Shown: positions 27,944 through 38,700 of the stretch, piece after piece
How the letters are laid out: the number at the start of each line of letters is the position of its first letter
How positions within the stretch are numbered: the first letter of the stretch is position 1
Assembly (NCBI GenBank): GCA_009840135.1
Contig: VXOH01000131.1
Span: forward strand, 3,608 to 67,607
Source: Chloroflexota bacterium
GTDB lineage: Bacteria; Chloroflexota; Dehalococcoidia; Lucifugimonadales; UBA3495
DNA length: 64,000 bases
Direction: 5' to 3'
The notes under the pieces: model-generated
The model's input: only the letters and a program-made list of their open reading frames with translations
Databases searched by the model: none
Told to the model about the DNA's origin: nothing
Made by a program: the position numbers and the translations under genes

Positions 27944-28441
27944 CAGGCCGGTTTACCGGTTGAAATCGCTGGCAATTTGAGCAGCCAACCCTGGTCGGGA
28001 GTCCGTTAGTGCCAGGACCTCCTTCGGTGACTTCCTGGCCCGTCGCGCCAGGCCCGCGCTCTACTCGGGAGGCAGCGCATTATGTTATTGACAGCACGAT
28101 TTTCCCGGTGTTAATCTCCCCAGTGCTCAATATCAGGACAGGTGGACATGATACTCTCCCATAACCCGGGAAACGGTTACCGGTGGAGCCGCGCGAAGAG
28201 CGTTGGCATGTTTGTCGTTGTCTTTCGAAAGCATTGGGAGGGAAATCATTCCTGAGCTGGAGTCTTCAAATGGACCAGGTCGCCGCAACGGCGGGAAGCT
28301 CTTTCAGGAATCGGGCTTCCCGCCGATTTATTTTTGAGAGAGAACCCCTTCCTTTGTTTGAAATTTCCCTTCCCCGGAGAGAAGGGAAACAGAGCTACCG
28401 AACAGCCATTGAGAATGGAGCAGGAATAGGCGGCAATTGAT

Positions 28442-29221
28442 ATGGGCGATATCTACGCGTTCAAGAGCGCCTTTGTTGAGCAGCTCAAGAACGACATGCA
28501 CTGGGACGAGCTCTCGTTGTTCGTAATTACCCATGTTCCACTGGCTGCGGTGCTGGCCTGGATTGCCAGCAAGGGCTCCAGTTCCGTTCCCATTGATTAC
28601 CTCTTCGTGGGCGTCCTCCTGATGTCTATATGGAACCGGGTTTCAATCAGGGTAGGGTGGGCCATCACCGGGGACATACTGGTGGGCACTTACGATTACG
28701 TAGTAACTGCCCGCACTCCCCTGGTGGTGATCATCTTCGCCAGGGCATTGGCCCTTTCAGTGCTGGGCATCTTCTCCGGGCTGGTCCCACTCCTGGTGAT
28801 CGTATGGATTTCGGGACAGTTTATTCAAGCGTCAGAACCCGTCTTACTGGTTTTCGGCATCGTGGTAGGGGCGTTCAGCGTGCTCTCTGTGGCTGTTGTG
28901 TTCGCGCCCCTGTTCCTGCTGGTTCGGGGACGGGAGGGTTTCTTCAACGTAATCCGGCCATTGGGCGTGGTGCTGGGAGGCTTCCTCTATCCCGTGGCGT
29001 TTCTCGCCCCTGGTCTCGAAATCGTGGCTCGGGCCTTTCCGGCGGCCTGGGCCATGGATGCGGTGATCCTCGGCCTGGACTCCCAGGGAAGCCTGATGGA
29101 GGGTGCTCGGGACCTGGGCATCTGCCTGTTGATATCGCTGGCATACCTGTCCCTCACTTATGTGCTTCTGAAGAAAGTTGAGCGCCGTGTCCGCGTTGAC
29201 GGCAACATGAGGGCTTTCTAG
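28442..29221 (+). CDS. ABC-2 type transporter permease
   Basis: 259 aa, about 6 TM helices, followed by a paralogous permease and a DrrA-like ATPase. Confidence 0.75.
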   Translation: MGDIYAFKSAFVEQLKNDMHWDELSLFVITHVPLAAVLAWIASKGSSSVPIDYLFVGVLLMSIWNRVSIRVGWAITGDILVGTYDYVVTARTPLVVIIFARALALSVLGIFSGLVPLLVIVWISGQFIQASEPVLLVFGIVVGAFSVLSVAVVFAPLFLLVRGREGFFNVIRPLGVVLGGFLYPVAFLAPGLEIVARAFPAAWAMDAVILGLDSQGSLMEGARDLGICLLISLAYLSLTYVLLKKVERRVRVDGNMRAF

Positions 29222-29229
29222 GAGACGCA

Positions 29230-30015
29230 GTGACGAATTTCTTCATCCAGTCCTACCTGACCTACCGCGCCCTGTTCTTCTGGCTTAACTGGCCGTCCTA
29301 CATCGGCAACGTGTTCCTGGTACCCGTCCTCTACATAACCATGCTGCTGCTGACGGGCAGGTTCGCCAACAGCCCGCTGGACTCGGAATTCTACGTCCTG
29401 GGCATGGCGGCCTATTCCACCCCTTTCATTCTTATCTGGGGCATAACCCAGTGCAATTACTACGAACGGGTTACGGGGACCCTGGCCCACGTTCTCGGCT
29501 CCTCGGGGAACCGGTGGCTGATTTTCTGGAGCAAAGGCACGATGCATTTTCCCAACGGCCTGTTCACCGTCACCAGCAGCCTGCTGTTCGCCTGGGCCTT
29601 CATAGGCCTGGACTTTACCAATCTCAACTGGGTTACCCTGGTGGTTTCCGTTCTGTTGTTCGCCCTTTCCTGCACCGCCTTTTCGCTGTGCATCGGAATC
29701 TTCGCTATCGTCATGCGGTCATGGCTTACATTGAGCGCCACGGCATCCGGACTGCTCATTCTTTTAACCGGCGTGGTCATACCGCTGGAGGATCTACCCT
29801 TTTTCCTGCACTACGTCGGCAATGTTCTGCCCCTGACCAACGGGGTGACCGCCTTCAGGGCGGCGTTCGACGGAGCGGGGCCCATGTCCGTTGGGGACCA
29901 CCTGATATGGGAACTGGGTGTGGGAATCTCCTACGGCGTTTTGGGTTACCTGTTCTTTCTGTTTGTAGAGGCGGATGCCCGGCGCCGGGGAGCCTACGAT
30001 ACGTCCATTCTGTAG
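29230..30015 (+). CDS. ABC-2 type transporter permease
   Basis: 261 aa, about 6 TM helices. GTG start with AGGAG 5 nt upstream. Confidence 0.75.
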   Translation: MTNFFIQSYLTYRALFFWLNWPSYIGNVFLVPVLYITMLLLTGRFANSPLDSEFYVLGMAAYSTPFILIWGITQCNYYERVTGTLAHVLGSSGNRWLIFWSKGTMHFPNGLFTVTSSLLFAWAFIGLDFTNLNWVTLVVSVLLFALSCTAFSLCIGIFAIVMRSWLTLSATASGLLILLTGVVIPLEDLPFFLHYVGNVLPLTNGVTAFRAAFDGAGPMSVGDHLIWELGVGISYGVLGYLFFLFVEADARRRGAYDTSIL

Positions 30016-31011
30016 ATGCTTGAAGTTTGGAGAGAGATAGTGGTTGCTGACAGCATTAATGCCGTAGAGTGCGTCAATCTGGGCCGGGTATATTCCTCCC
30101 GCAGCGCCCTGGGACGGAGACGGGATGTAGAAGCCCTGAAAGACCTCAACCTGGAAATTCCCAAAGGATCCGTCTTTGGCCTGCTGGGACCCAACGGCGC
30201 CGGCAAGACCACCACCGTGCGCATCCTGTCCACCCTCTTGACTCCCACCTCGGGCAGAGCGCGAGTCCTGGGCTATGATGTGGAAGCGCAGGCCAAGCAG
30301 GTGCGCAGGAATACCGGGTTTATCCTCGGGGGCGAGCGGGGGCTCTATGGCCGCATCACCGGCGAGCAGAATATGCATTTCTTCGCCGCTCTGAATCACA
30401 TCAACCCCCGAGACGCCAAGCGGCGCACCCGGCAACTGCTGGAACGCGTAGGACTGGCGGAAAACGCCGGGATGGCGGTGGAGAACTACTCCAGGGGCAT
30501 GAAACAACGGCTGCACATCGCGCGAGGTCTGCTGACCGACCCTCCCGTACTCTTCATGGACGAGCCCACCATCGGCATTGACCCCGTTGGCGCCCAGGAA
30601 CTGAGGAACTACGTTCCCGAACTGGCCAGCGAGGGCAAGACCATTCTGCTCACCACCCACTACATGGCCGAGGCCGACATGCTGTGCGACACCATTGCCA
30701 TTATTGACCGGGGAGAGCTGGCGGCGGTGGGTACTCCCGGAGAAATCAAGCGCCGCTTCAGCCGGATCGGAATAGTCGAACTTACCGTCAACCGGCCCCG
30801 GGAGGAACTGGCCGGGGAAATCCTGGACCTGGAAGCCGTGGAACGAGTGGAATCAATAGCGGAAGGACCCTTTCAAAAATTGACCGTTTCCCTCCGGTTC
30901 GGGGAAGACCTTACCGACAAAATTGTGGAAATTGTCGGCACAGACAACATCGAGAGCCTGGTGTCGCGGGACCCCACCCTGGAGGAGGCGTACATCAACA
31001 TAATTCGGTGA
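30016..31011 (+). CDS. ABC transporter ATP-binding protein (DrrA/ABC-2 exporter type)
   Basis: Has Walker A GPNGAGKTT, the signature YSRGMKQRL, and Walker B VLFMDEPT. An alternative GTG start at 30040 has a GGAGAG RBS. Confidence 0.9.
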   Translation: MLEVWREIVVADSINAVECVNLGRVYSSRSALGRRRDVEALKDLNLEIPKGSVFGLLGPNGAGKTTTVRILSTLLTPTSGRARVLGYDVEAQAKQVRRNTGFILGGERGLYGRITGEQNMHFFAALNHINPRDAKRRTRQLLERVGLAENAGMAVENYSRGMKQRLHIARGLLTDPPVLFMDEPTIGIDPVGAQELRNYVPELASEGKTILLTTHYMAEADMLCDTIAIIDRGELAAVGTPGEIKRRFSRIGIVELTVNRPREELAGEILDLEAVERVESIAEGPFQKLTVSLRFGEDLTDKIVEIVGTDNIESLVSRDPTLEEAYINIIR

Positions 31012-31107
31012 TTGCCTCCAAGCGATTGGCAGAGCAAACGCATTCTCCTCCCAAACCATACTTTCTGGGCTTCCACGAGGGGAAATGCGTTACCCGCCAA
31101 GTTCGAG

Positions 31108-31127
31108 GTTCCTGCCTTCGCAGGAAC
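31108..31127. repeat. family-D hairpin
   Basis: gttcctgccttcgcaggaac. Confidence 0.6.
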
Positions 31128-31309
31128 GACGGTATTGCCCGAAGCTAAAATCCGTTTGCCTCCGAACGACCGGCCTTATAGCGGAAGCCATTCTCCTGAT
31201 CCTTCCGTGGCTCACTAAGCTCCCCGAAGGATGTTTACACTGCGCCCCCCTAGGCCTGGCGAACCTGAAGCATTCACCGGGAGGGCCGGGCTTGGCACGG
31301 CTTCAATCC

Positions 31310-31337
31310 TTGACAACCAACATCCCCAAGTTACAAT
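31310..31337 (+). promoter_or_regulatory. candidate sigma70-type promoter
   Basis: TTGACA, 16 nt, TACAAT; 43 nt upstream of the ATG at 31380. Confidence 0.45.
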
Positions 31338-31379
31338 TGCGTGAAGCTGAGAAAATCAGGTAACAAAGGAGAAACAGCT

Positions 31380-32138
31380 ATGCCGTTTTACGAGAGAGGC
31401 GATGTCCGAATCCACTACGATGAGGTCGGTTCCGGTTTCCCGCTGCTGGTGACCCCGGGCGGCGGCCTTAACTCCATCATGAGCGGCTGGCCCCGCCAGG
31501 TGTTCAATGCCATGGAGGTTTTCAAGGACGACTTCCGCTGCATCACCATGGACCAGCGCAACGCCAACGGTGGCGAGTCCACCGGGCCGGTCCAGGTGGA
31601 TGATCCCTGGGGCGCTTTCGCCGACGACCAGCTGGGGCTGATGGACCACCTGGGCATCCGGGAGTTCTTCTTCATGGGCTACTGCATCGGCGGCCCCTTT
31701 GCCATGAAGCTGATAGAGAGGGCCCCGGAGCGGGTGCTGGCGGCAGTCCTGTGCCAGCCCGTGGGTCATTCCGACAAGACACCGGACTCCATGTATGACT
31801 CGGGCACGGACATCTGGGCCCCCGAGCTCATCGCCAAGCGGCCCGACGTGACCATGGAGATTGTGGAGCAGTACCTGCATAATCTTTACCGCGTGCAGCC
31901 CGATTTCATGTACTGCGTTTCCCGGGACTTCGCCCGCAACTGCCAGACGCCGCTGCTGGTGATGCCCGACGACACTCCCTCCCATTCCTACGAAGCCGCC
32001 ATGGCCATGGCGGAACTGGCTCCCAGGGCCCAGGTAACTGCCTACCCCTGGAAGGAAGACGAGACCCTTTTCCGCGAAACCATCAACCAGGTACGCGACT
32101 TCCTCCAGGCTCACCAGCCCACCGCCGCCGCCCGCTAG
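31380..32138 (+). CDS. alpha/beta hydrolase with Cys in the nucleophile elbow
   Basis: Reads MPFYERGDVRIHYDEVGSGFPLLVTPGGG...FFFMGYCIGGPFA (G-Y-C-I-G-G, Cys codon 31683-31685). AAAGGAG RBS. Confidence 0.8.
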   Translation: MPFYERGDVRIHYDEVGSGFPLLVTPGGGLNSIMSGWPRQVFNAMEVFKDDFRCITMDQRNANGGESTGPVQVDDPWGAFADDQLGLMDHLGIREFFFMGYCIGGPFAMKLIERAPERVLAAVLCQPVGHSDKTPDSMYDSGTDIWAPELIAKRPDVTMEIVEQYLHNLYRVQPDFMYCVSRDFARNCQTPLLVMPDDTPSHSYEAAMAMAELAPRAQVTAYPWKEDETLFRETINQVRDFLQAHQPTAAAR

Positions 32139-32767
32139 ATACCGACTTCATCCCCGGGCCAGCATCACCGGCCCGGGGATATCCCCGTTGACCCCCCGAT
32201 TCTTCTTGAGGGCGCATCTGCGTCGCCACGTCGAAGGTCATCTACCTGGCCACCTCCCTTTCCCTTGCCTGGCGTTACAGAGTCGCAGGGCGCCCGATTC
32301 CATTCAACGTTTCAACGCCCAGCCAAAACATGGCGGCAACGATGTGGAGTCGTCAGCGTTAGTGCAGACGGATTGTAAAGCCGCCATCCTCGCCTTACCA
32401 TAGAATGCACGGTTCATATTATTTGGGCCGCTTCCAGGCGGCTCACAAATAACCGCACTAGCGATGTAGCCTCGAGGGGCAAAGCTGGTTCTGGGTTCTA
32501 TTGCCATTCGGGCTACCTATTAAAACATCCCTTCCGGCGCATTGTTGTATTGATAGTTCTGGCAGGGGCGGGGACCGGCGAGGGTCGAGCCAGGTTCCGG
32601 AAGCAGCTGTTTCGGTTCTCCTGCCCCCTGACGGTCATATAACTTTGAACCAATTACTTGATTGCTAGACATATGCAGCTCTTCAACCCTCGTCCAGAGC
32701 AGGCTCCGGTTTGAATTGTTGCCGGCCTCATTCCCATCACAACGGAAGCAGGTACAGGAGAAAATAG

Positions 32768-35700
32768 ATGGCCACAAAGCCCAATTCGGTTTCCAGTCGC
32801 GGGGCGCAGAGCTTCCCGGGAGGCGGTGAGCCCATAGCAATTGTTGGAATGGCGTGCCGGTTCCCTGGCGCTCCGGACCTGGGCTCATTCTGGCGTTTGC
32901 TAGTAGAGGGGAAAAACTCCGTCACCGAAGCCGACCCCAATTCAGGCGTGGGTCGCATGGGTGAGCTTTTCGGTGACAGCCAGGTCAATAACCAGGCGTG
33001 CCGCTTCGGCGCCTTTGTGGATGACCTCGATCTGTTTGATGCTTCGTTCTTCCGCATTTCCCCCGTCGAGGCCGAACTCCTGGACCCGCAGCAGCGCATG
33101 ATGCTGGAGGTAAGCTGGCAGGCCCTTGAAGATGCAGGCATTGATCCCGCCCGGCTGCGGGGGAGCCGCACCGGGGTTTATACGGGAATAAGCAACGACG
33201 AATACCGGATGCTGGTGGTGGATTCCAGTAAACCCTCCGAGGCGGCTGCCTGCCTATATGCCCTGAGCGGCACCAATTTGAACGGGACCAGTGGGAGGGT
33301 ATCCTTCGTATTGGGCCTGATGGGGCCGGCAAAAGCGGTAGATGCCGCCTGTGCATCATCCCTGGTTTCCGTCCACGACGCCGTGGCAGACCTTCAGCAG
33401 GGCAAGGCGGACCTGGCCATCGCCGGCGGCGTCCAGGCGATTCTGAACGGCCGAATCTACGAACTCCGCGCCGACTCGATGATGCTGTCGCCCGATGGGC
33501 AATGCAAGGCCTTCGACGCTTCCGCCAACGGCTACGTGAGGGGCGAGGGCTGCGGCGTAGTCATCTTGAAGCGGCTCAGCGAGGCGGAGGCCGACGGCGA
33601 CCGCATCTGGGCCGTCATCCGGGGCGCGGCGGTAAATCACGGCGGGACGGGCGTGGGCCTGACCGTGCCCAACACGCCGGGCCTGGAACAGGTGATGGAA
33701 GCGGCTCTTGCCGACGCCGGCATTGAGCCCCTGGAGGTTGACTATATCGAAGCCCACGGGACCGGCACAACCGTTGGCGACCCGATCGAACTCAACGCCG
33801 TGAACGCCGTCTATGGACAGGGGAGGAACCCCAGCGAACCGCTGTTGGTGGCCTCGGTGAAGACCAACGTGGGACACCTGGAGTCCGCAGCGGGCATCGC
33901 CGGGCTGATGAAGGCAGCCCTGGTGGTAAACCAGGGCCTGATTCCCAGGCACCTGCACTTCCTAGACCCCAATCCCAGCCTGGACTGGGAAGGCCTGCCC
34001 TTGCTGGTGCCAACTGAAACGGTTGACTGGCCCGACGACCGCCAGCGACCGCGACTGGTCGGAGTCAACTCCTTCGGCATTTCCGGAACCAACTCCCACA
34101 TCCTGGTGGGGCAGCACATCTACGACGGGCAAGGGACTGACCACAAGATTTCAACCCTGGGACCCGCCAGCACGGTAAAAATCAAGCTGCCCGAAACCTT
34201 TTCCCAAGAGTCTCCGTCCAATGAGGAAGTCTTCCCGCGCCCAAAGCGAGTGCTGCCGCTGTCGGGCAAGTCGGGGGGCGCGTTGCAGGAGCTTGCCCAG
34301 CGCTACCTGGCGTGGCTCGATGATGATTCCCCGGACCAATTGAAGGACGGCCTGGCCCTTCTCGAAAAACTTTCGGACATGGCATGGACGGCGAGTATCG
34401 GCCGCAGCCACTTCGACTATCGTTCCGGCCTGGTTTACCAGGACGTTCCGGCGCTGCGGGAGGGACTCAAGGCGCTGGCCGAAACCGGTCAGACCGGCCA
34501 GACCGGCCAGCCGCCGCGGGCAGCCAGGGTGGCATTCCTCTACACCGGACAGGGAAGCCAGTGGGTCGGCATGGGACAGGCCCTCTACGAGACTGAACCG
34601 GTTGCCCGAGCCGTAATGGACGATTGCGACAGGATAGTGATGGAGGTGAGAGGCGTTTCCCTGCTGGACGTCATGTTCGGGCGGGACGAGACTGCCGGAG
34701 ACCTGGGCGACACGGCATGGGAACAGCCGGCCCTCTATGCGCTGGAGTGCGCCCTTACCGCCCTTTGGGAAAGCGTTGGAGTCCGGCCCGGCGCGGTTAT
34801 GGGACACAGCGTGGGCGAACTGGCCGCTGCCCAGGCGGCCGGCGTCTTCAGCCTGCGGGACGGCATGCGGTTTGCATTGGCCCGTGGCTCCCTGCTGTCG
34901 GCTACTGAGGCAGGGGCCATGGCCGCGGTCTTCGCCCCGAAATCCAGGGTGGCAGAGGCGGTCGAAAGGGTGAACGCCGCCTCCGGCAGCGTTGGACTCA
35001 GCGTGTCCGCCGACAACGGGCCCCAACAGGTGGTCAGCGGCCCGGCGGCGGACATCGAGGCCGTTTCCCGCCTGTTCGAGTCAGAGGGAATCCGGGCAAT
35101 CCGCCTGAACACTTCCTGGGGCTTCCACAGCGCCCTGCTGGACCCGGCCCTGGACGGTTTGGAAGCCGCCCTGGATGGGGTTCCCATACAGCACCCTTCA
35201 ATTCCCTTGGTCAGCAACCTGACGGGTCGCCAGGTGGAAGCTTCAATGGCCATGGACGGGGCCTACTGGCGGCAGCATGCCCGGCAACAGGTGGCCTTTG
35301 CCGGAGGAATCGGAACGCTGGCCGAAATGGGAATGGACCTGGTAATCGAGCTTGGCCCCCACTCGGTGCTGGGTCCCATGTCAATGCAGGCCTGGCCGGA
35401 GTCCGCCGGAGAACGGCGACTTGAGGGAGGCCCGATTGCCCTGGCAAGTCTGCGCCGGCCGCCCCGGGACGGCTCAACGCCGGAGCCGGAAAGCAGCTTC
35501 ATTGATGCGGTGGCGCAGGCCTACGAGGCCGGCCTGGACATTACTTTCGAAGGACTGTTCGCCGGCGAGGAACGCCGCCGGATTTCCCTGCCGGGTTATC
35601 CCTTCCAGCGCGAACGTTACTGGCTGCAGGGGGCCAGGAGGCGTCGGAGCGGCGGCGGGCATCCCCTGCTGGGAGAACGCCACGACTCAGCGCGGGGGGA

Positions 35701-38700
35701 GATTGCTTTCGAGACGGAGGTTTTTCCTTCCGACCCTGACTGGCTGAAGGACCACCGGGTCTTCGGCCACCTTGTAGCCCCGGGAGCCCTCTACGGGGCC
35801 ATGGCGGCAACTGCATCATTGCTCGAAGGCGACTGCCCGGTGGTATTGGACGACATCCAGCTGCATAGTCCGTTGGTCTTCACGGAACCGGACTCGGGAG
35901 AGGCCCCAGGCGCCGGAGGCCGAAAGCTACAGGCGTTCCTGGAAGATTCCGGGGAAGGATCGGAGCGCCTGGTTCAGATTTTCAGCCGCGGCCCCGAAAG
36001 CGGCTGGACGATGCACGTAGAGGGCCGCGTGGTTTCGAACGCCGCCTTGCAGGACGCGGAGGAGCGGGCAGACCTTGATGGCCTGAAGTCCCGCCTTGCC
36101 CCGGCAAACGTGCCCGCCTACTACCGGGCCAAGGCTGCCACCAGCATTGACCTGGGGCCGGCCTTCCGCACCCTGGGCAGGGTCTGGACCGGCCCTGGCG
36201 AGGCTCTCGGCGAGGTGTCCCTGCCGGAAGCCCTGGGCCTGAACGACCTGGAAATAAACCCGCTGGTTCTGGACGGCTGCTTCCAGGTGGTGGGGATGGC
36301 GCGCAACATGACCGGCTCACCGGACGAGCCCACCTACCTGCCCTTCGGCTGGGAGAGAATGTGGCTGACCGGAAAACTTCCGGACCGGGTGGTCTGCCAT
36401 GTGCTGATGAGTGAATCCGGCCGGGTATCAGACCCTGATGCTGACGATCATCCGGAGGCGCTGAGCGGGGAAATTCGCATCTATGACCTCGACGGAGCGC
36501 TCATCGGGGGGTTGAGCGGCTACACGGTAAAGCGGGCAACCCAGGCGGCCCTCCTTGCAGCAGTGGAAGGGGCAGAAGGTATAGACGACCTCCTTTACGA
36601 GGTAATCTGGCGCGACCGGCCCCTGGAATCGGCGTTGAAACCTGCAGGTTTCTTCCCCGCCCCGACAACTGTCGCAGCAGGAACCAGGCTGTTTCCCGAC
36701 TACCTCGTCGAGGCCGGGGTTGACCCCAAGGACAGGAACGCCCTGCTGGCCGACCTGGAAAGATGGTCCCACTCCTACGCTCTCCTCACCCTGGAAAAAC
36801 TGGGGTGGCAGCGAGCTCAAGGGGAGAAGGTAGTAGCAGAGGAACTCAGGCAACGCCTGAACGTTCTGCCAGTACACGAGCGCCTGTTCCGGCGGCTGCT
36901 GGAAATGCTGGCCCGCTCGGGCGTGGTTGAGGAGAATGACGGAGGATTTACCGTTCTGGTTGGAGACGGGGATACGTTGCCGGAATCCCTTCCCAGTGAT
37001 CCCGTGAACTTCGACCAGCAGATGCTAGCCAGGTATTCCCACGGCCTCACCGAAATCGGCCTCTTCCGCCGATCGGCCGCCGCCCTCGTTGATGTGCTGC
37101 GCGGGGAGCAGGATCCGCTGACCCTTTTGTTCAGCAGCGGCGAACCGACTGCCGCAGACCTTTACCTCAAAGCCCCGGTGGCCCGGGCCGCCAACGGGTT
37201 GCTGGCCGACACCGTACGGGCCCTGTTAGCCGACCTGCCCGACGACCGCCGGCTGCGGGTATTGGAGGTAGGGGCCGGCACCGGGTCGGCGACCGCCTCC
37301 GTGCTGCCGGAGCTACCCGCAGGCAGATTCGACTACGTCTATACCGATATTTCCGCCGGTTTCTTTGCCGAGGCGGAGGAGCGATTCGGCAACCAGGGTA
37401 TCGAATACCGCCCACTGGACATCGAAAAGGATCCTGTTTCCCAGGGCTTTAACTCCCACGGGTACGACCTGATCATCGCCTCCAACGTGCTGCACGCCAC
37501 TCAATACCTGTCGGAGACCCTGGGGCACTGCCGTGATTTGCTGGCCCCTTCAGGCCAACTCGTGGCCCTGGAAAACCTGCGCGGGCTGGGCTGGATGGAC
37601 CTGACCTTCGGCCAACTGGACGGCTGGTGGCGCTTCGCCGACTCATACCGCCCCCACCATGCCCTGGCTACTCCCGCAATTTGGCGTCAAGCTCTCACCG
37701 AATCGGGATTCGAGGACGCAACGGTATTGGGTGTGGACGATTCGTTCCCGTACGAATCACTGGATAAGGGAGTAATCGTGGCCCAGGGCCCCGCCCTGGT
37801 CAAGGAGGCCCAGGGCCTGTGGGTCATCCTGGGTGACCGGGAGGGCGAAGCTGGTGAGCTGGCGGCCGAACTGGCGGCCAGAAACCAGGCCATACTGCTG
37901 GCAGGCGTCAAAGAGGTAACCACCGGTGCTGAAGAGCCCTGCGTAACCGAAGAGTCCCGCATCCAGGGCGTTCAGGAGGTTGCCATAGACCCGGCCAGCC
38001 GCGAGGATTGGCAGTCAATTCTCAGAGAACTGCCCGGCGATGTGCCCTTCGGCGGTGTGGTACACCTTCAGAGCCTGGACGGTCATGGGAACCGGTCAAC
38101 GGCCAGGGAACTCGACGAGGACGTAAGCCATGCGGGGGAAAGCGCCCTGGTTCTGGTACAGGGTTTGCTTGACACGGATGTAACGCCGGAGAAGGGTGTT
38201 TGGTTTGTTACCCGGGGCGCCCAGGTATTGGAACGGGAGAATACCGGGGAACTGTCCGGTTCCGTACTGTGGGGATTGGGAAAGGCGATAGCCCTGGAGG
38301 CCCCCCATCTTCAGCCCCGCATGCTGGATTTGGACCCCTCCTCCCCAACAACGGCGTCCGACCTCGCCGGGGAACTGCTCTACCCCGATGAAGAGAATCA
38401 TCTTGCCTACCGGCTGGGTCGTCGACGGGCGGCTCGCCTGGTCCGGTTCGCCGCCGGAGCCGAGGAGTCCGGACGCCTGGCCCTGCCCGAAGAGACGGAG
38501 TGGGTGCTGGCCCCCGACCGGGGCGGCGTCTTCGATCAGCCCGAGGTCAAACTGCTCCCTTCCCAGCCCCTGGAACCCAGGGAGGTAAGGGTCGCGGTTG
38601 AGGCCGCAGGAATAAACTTCTGGGATGTCTTCAGGTCGCTGGGTTTCATCGAGGAAGGCGACCTGGGACGGGAATTTTGCGGTTACGTGATGGCCGTGGG

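Noticed and set aside
28088-28441. Possible promoter (TTGACA-17-TTAATC) and leader hairpin (tttcccttc...gaagggaaa at about 28362-28389) upstream of the ABC-2 exporter
   Set aside because: The -10 is weak and the hairpin is short. I cannot distinguish it from chance without conservation or transcript data.
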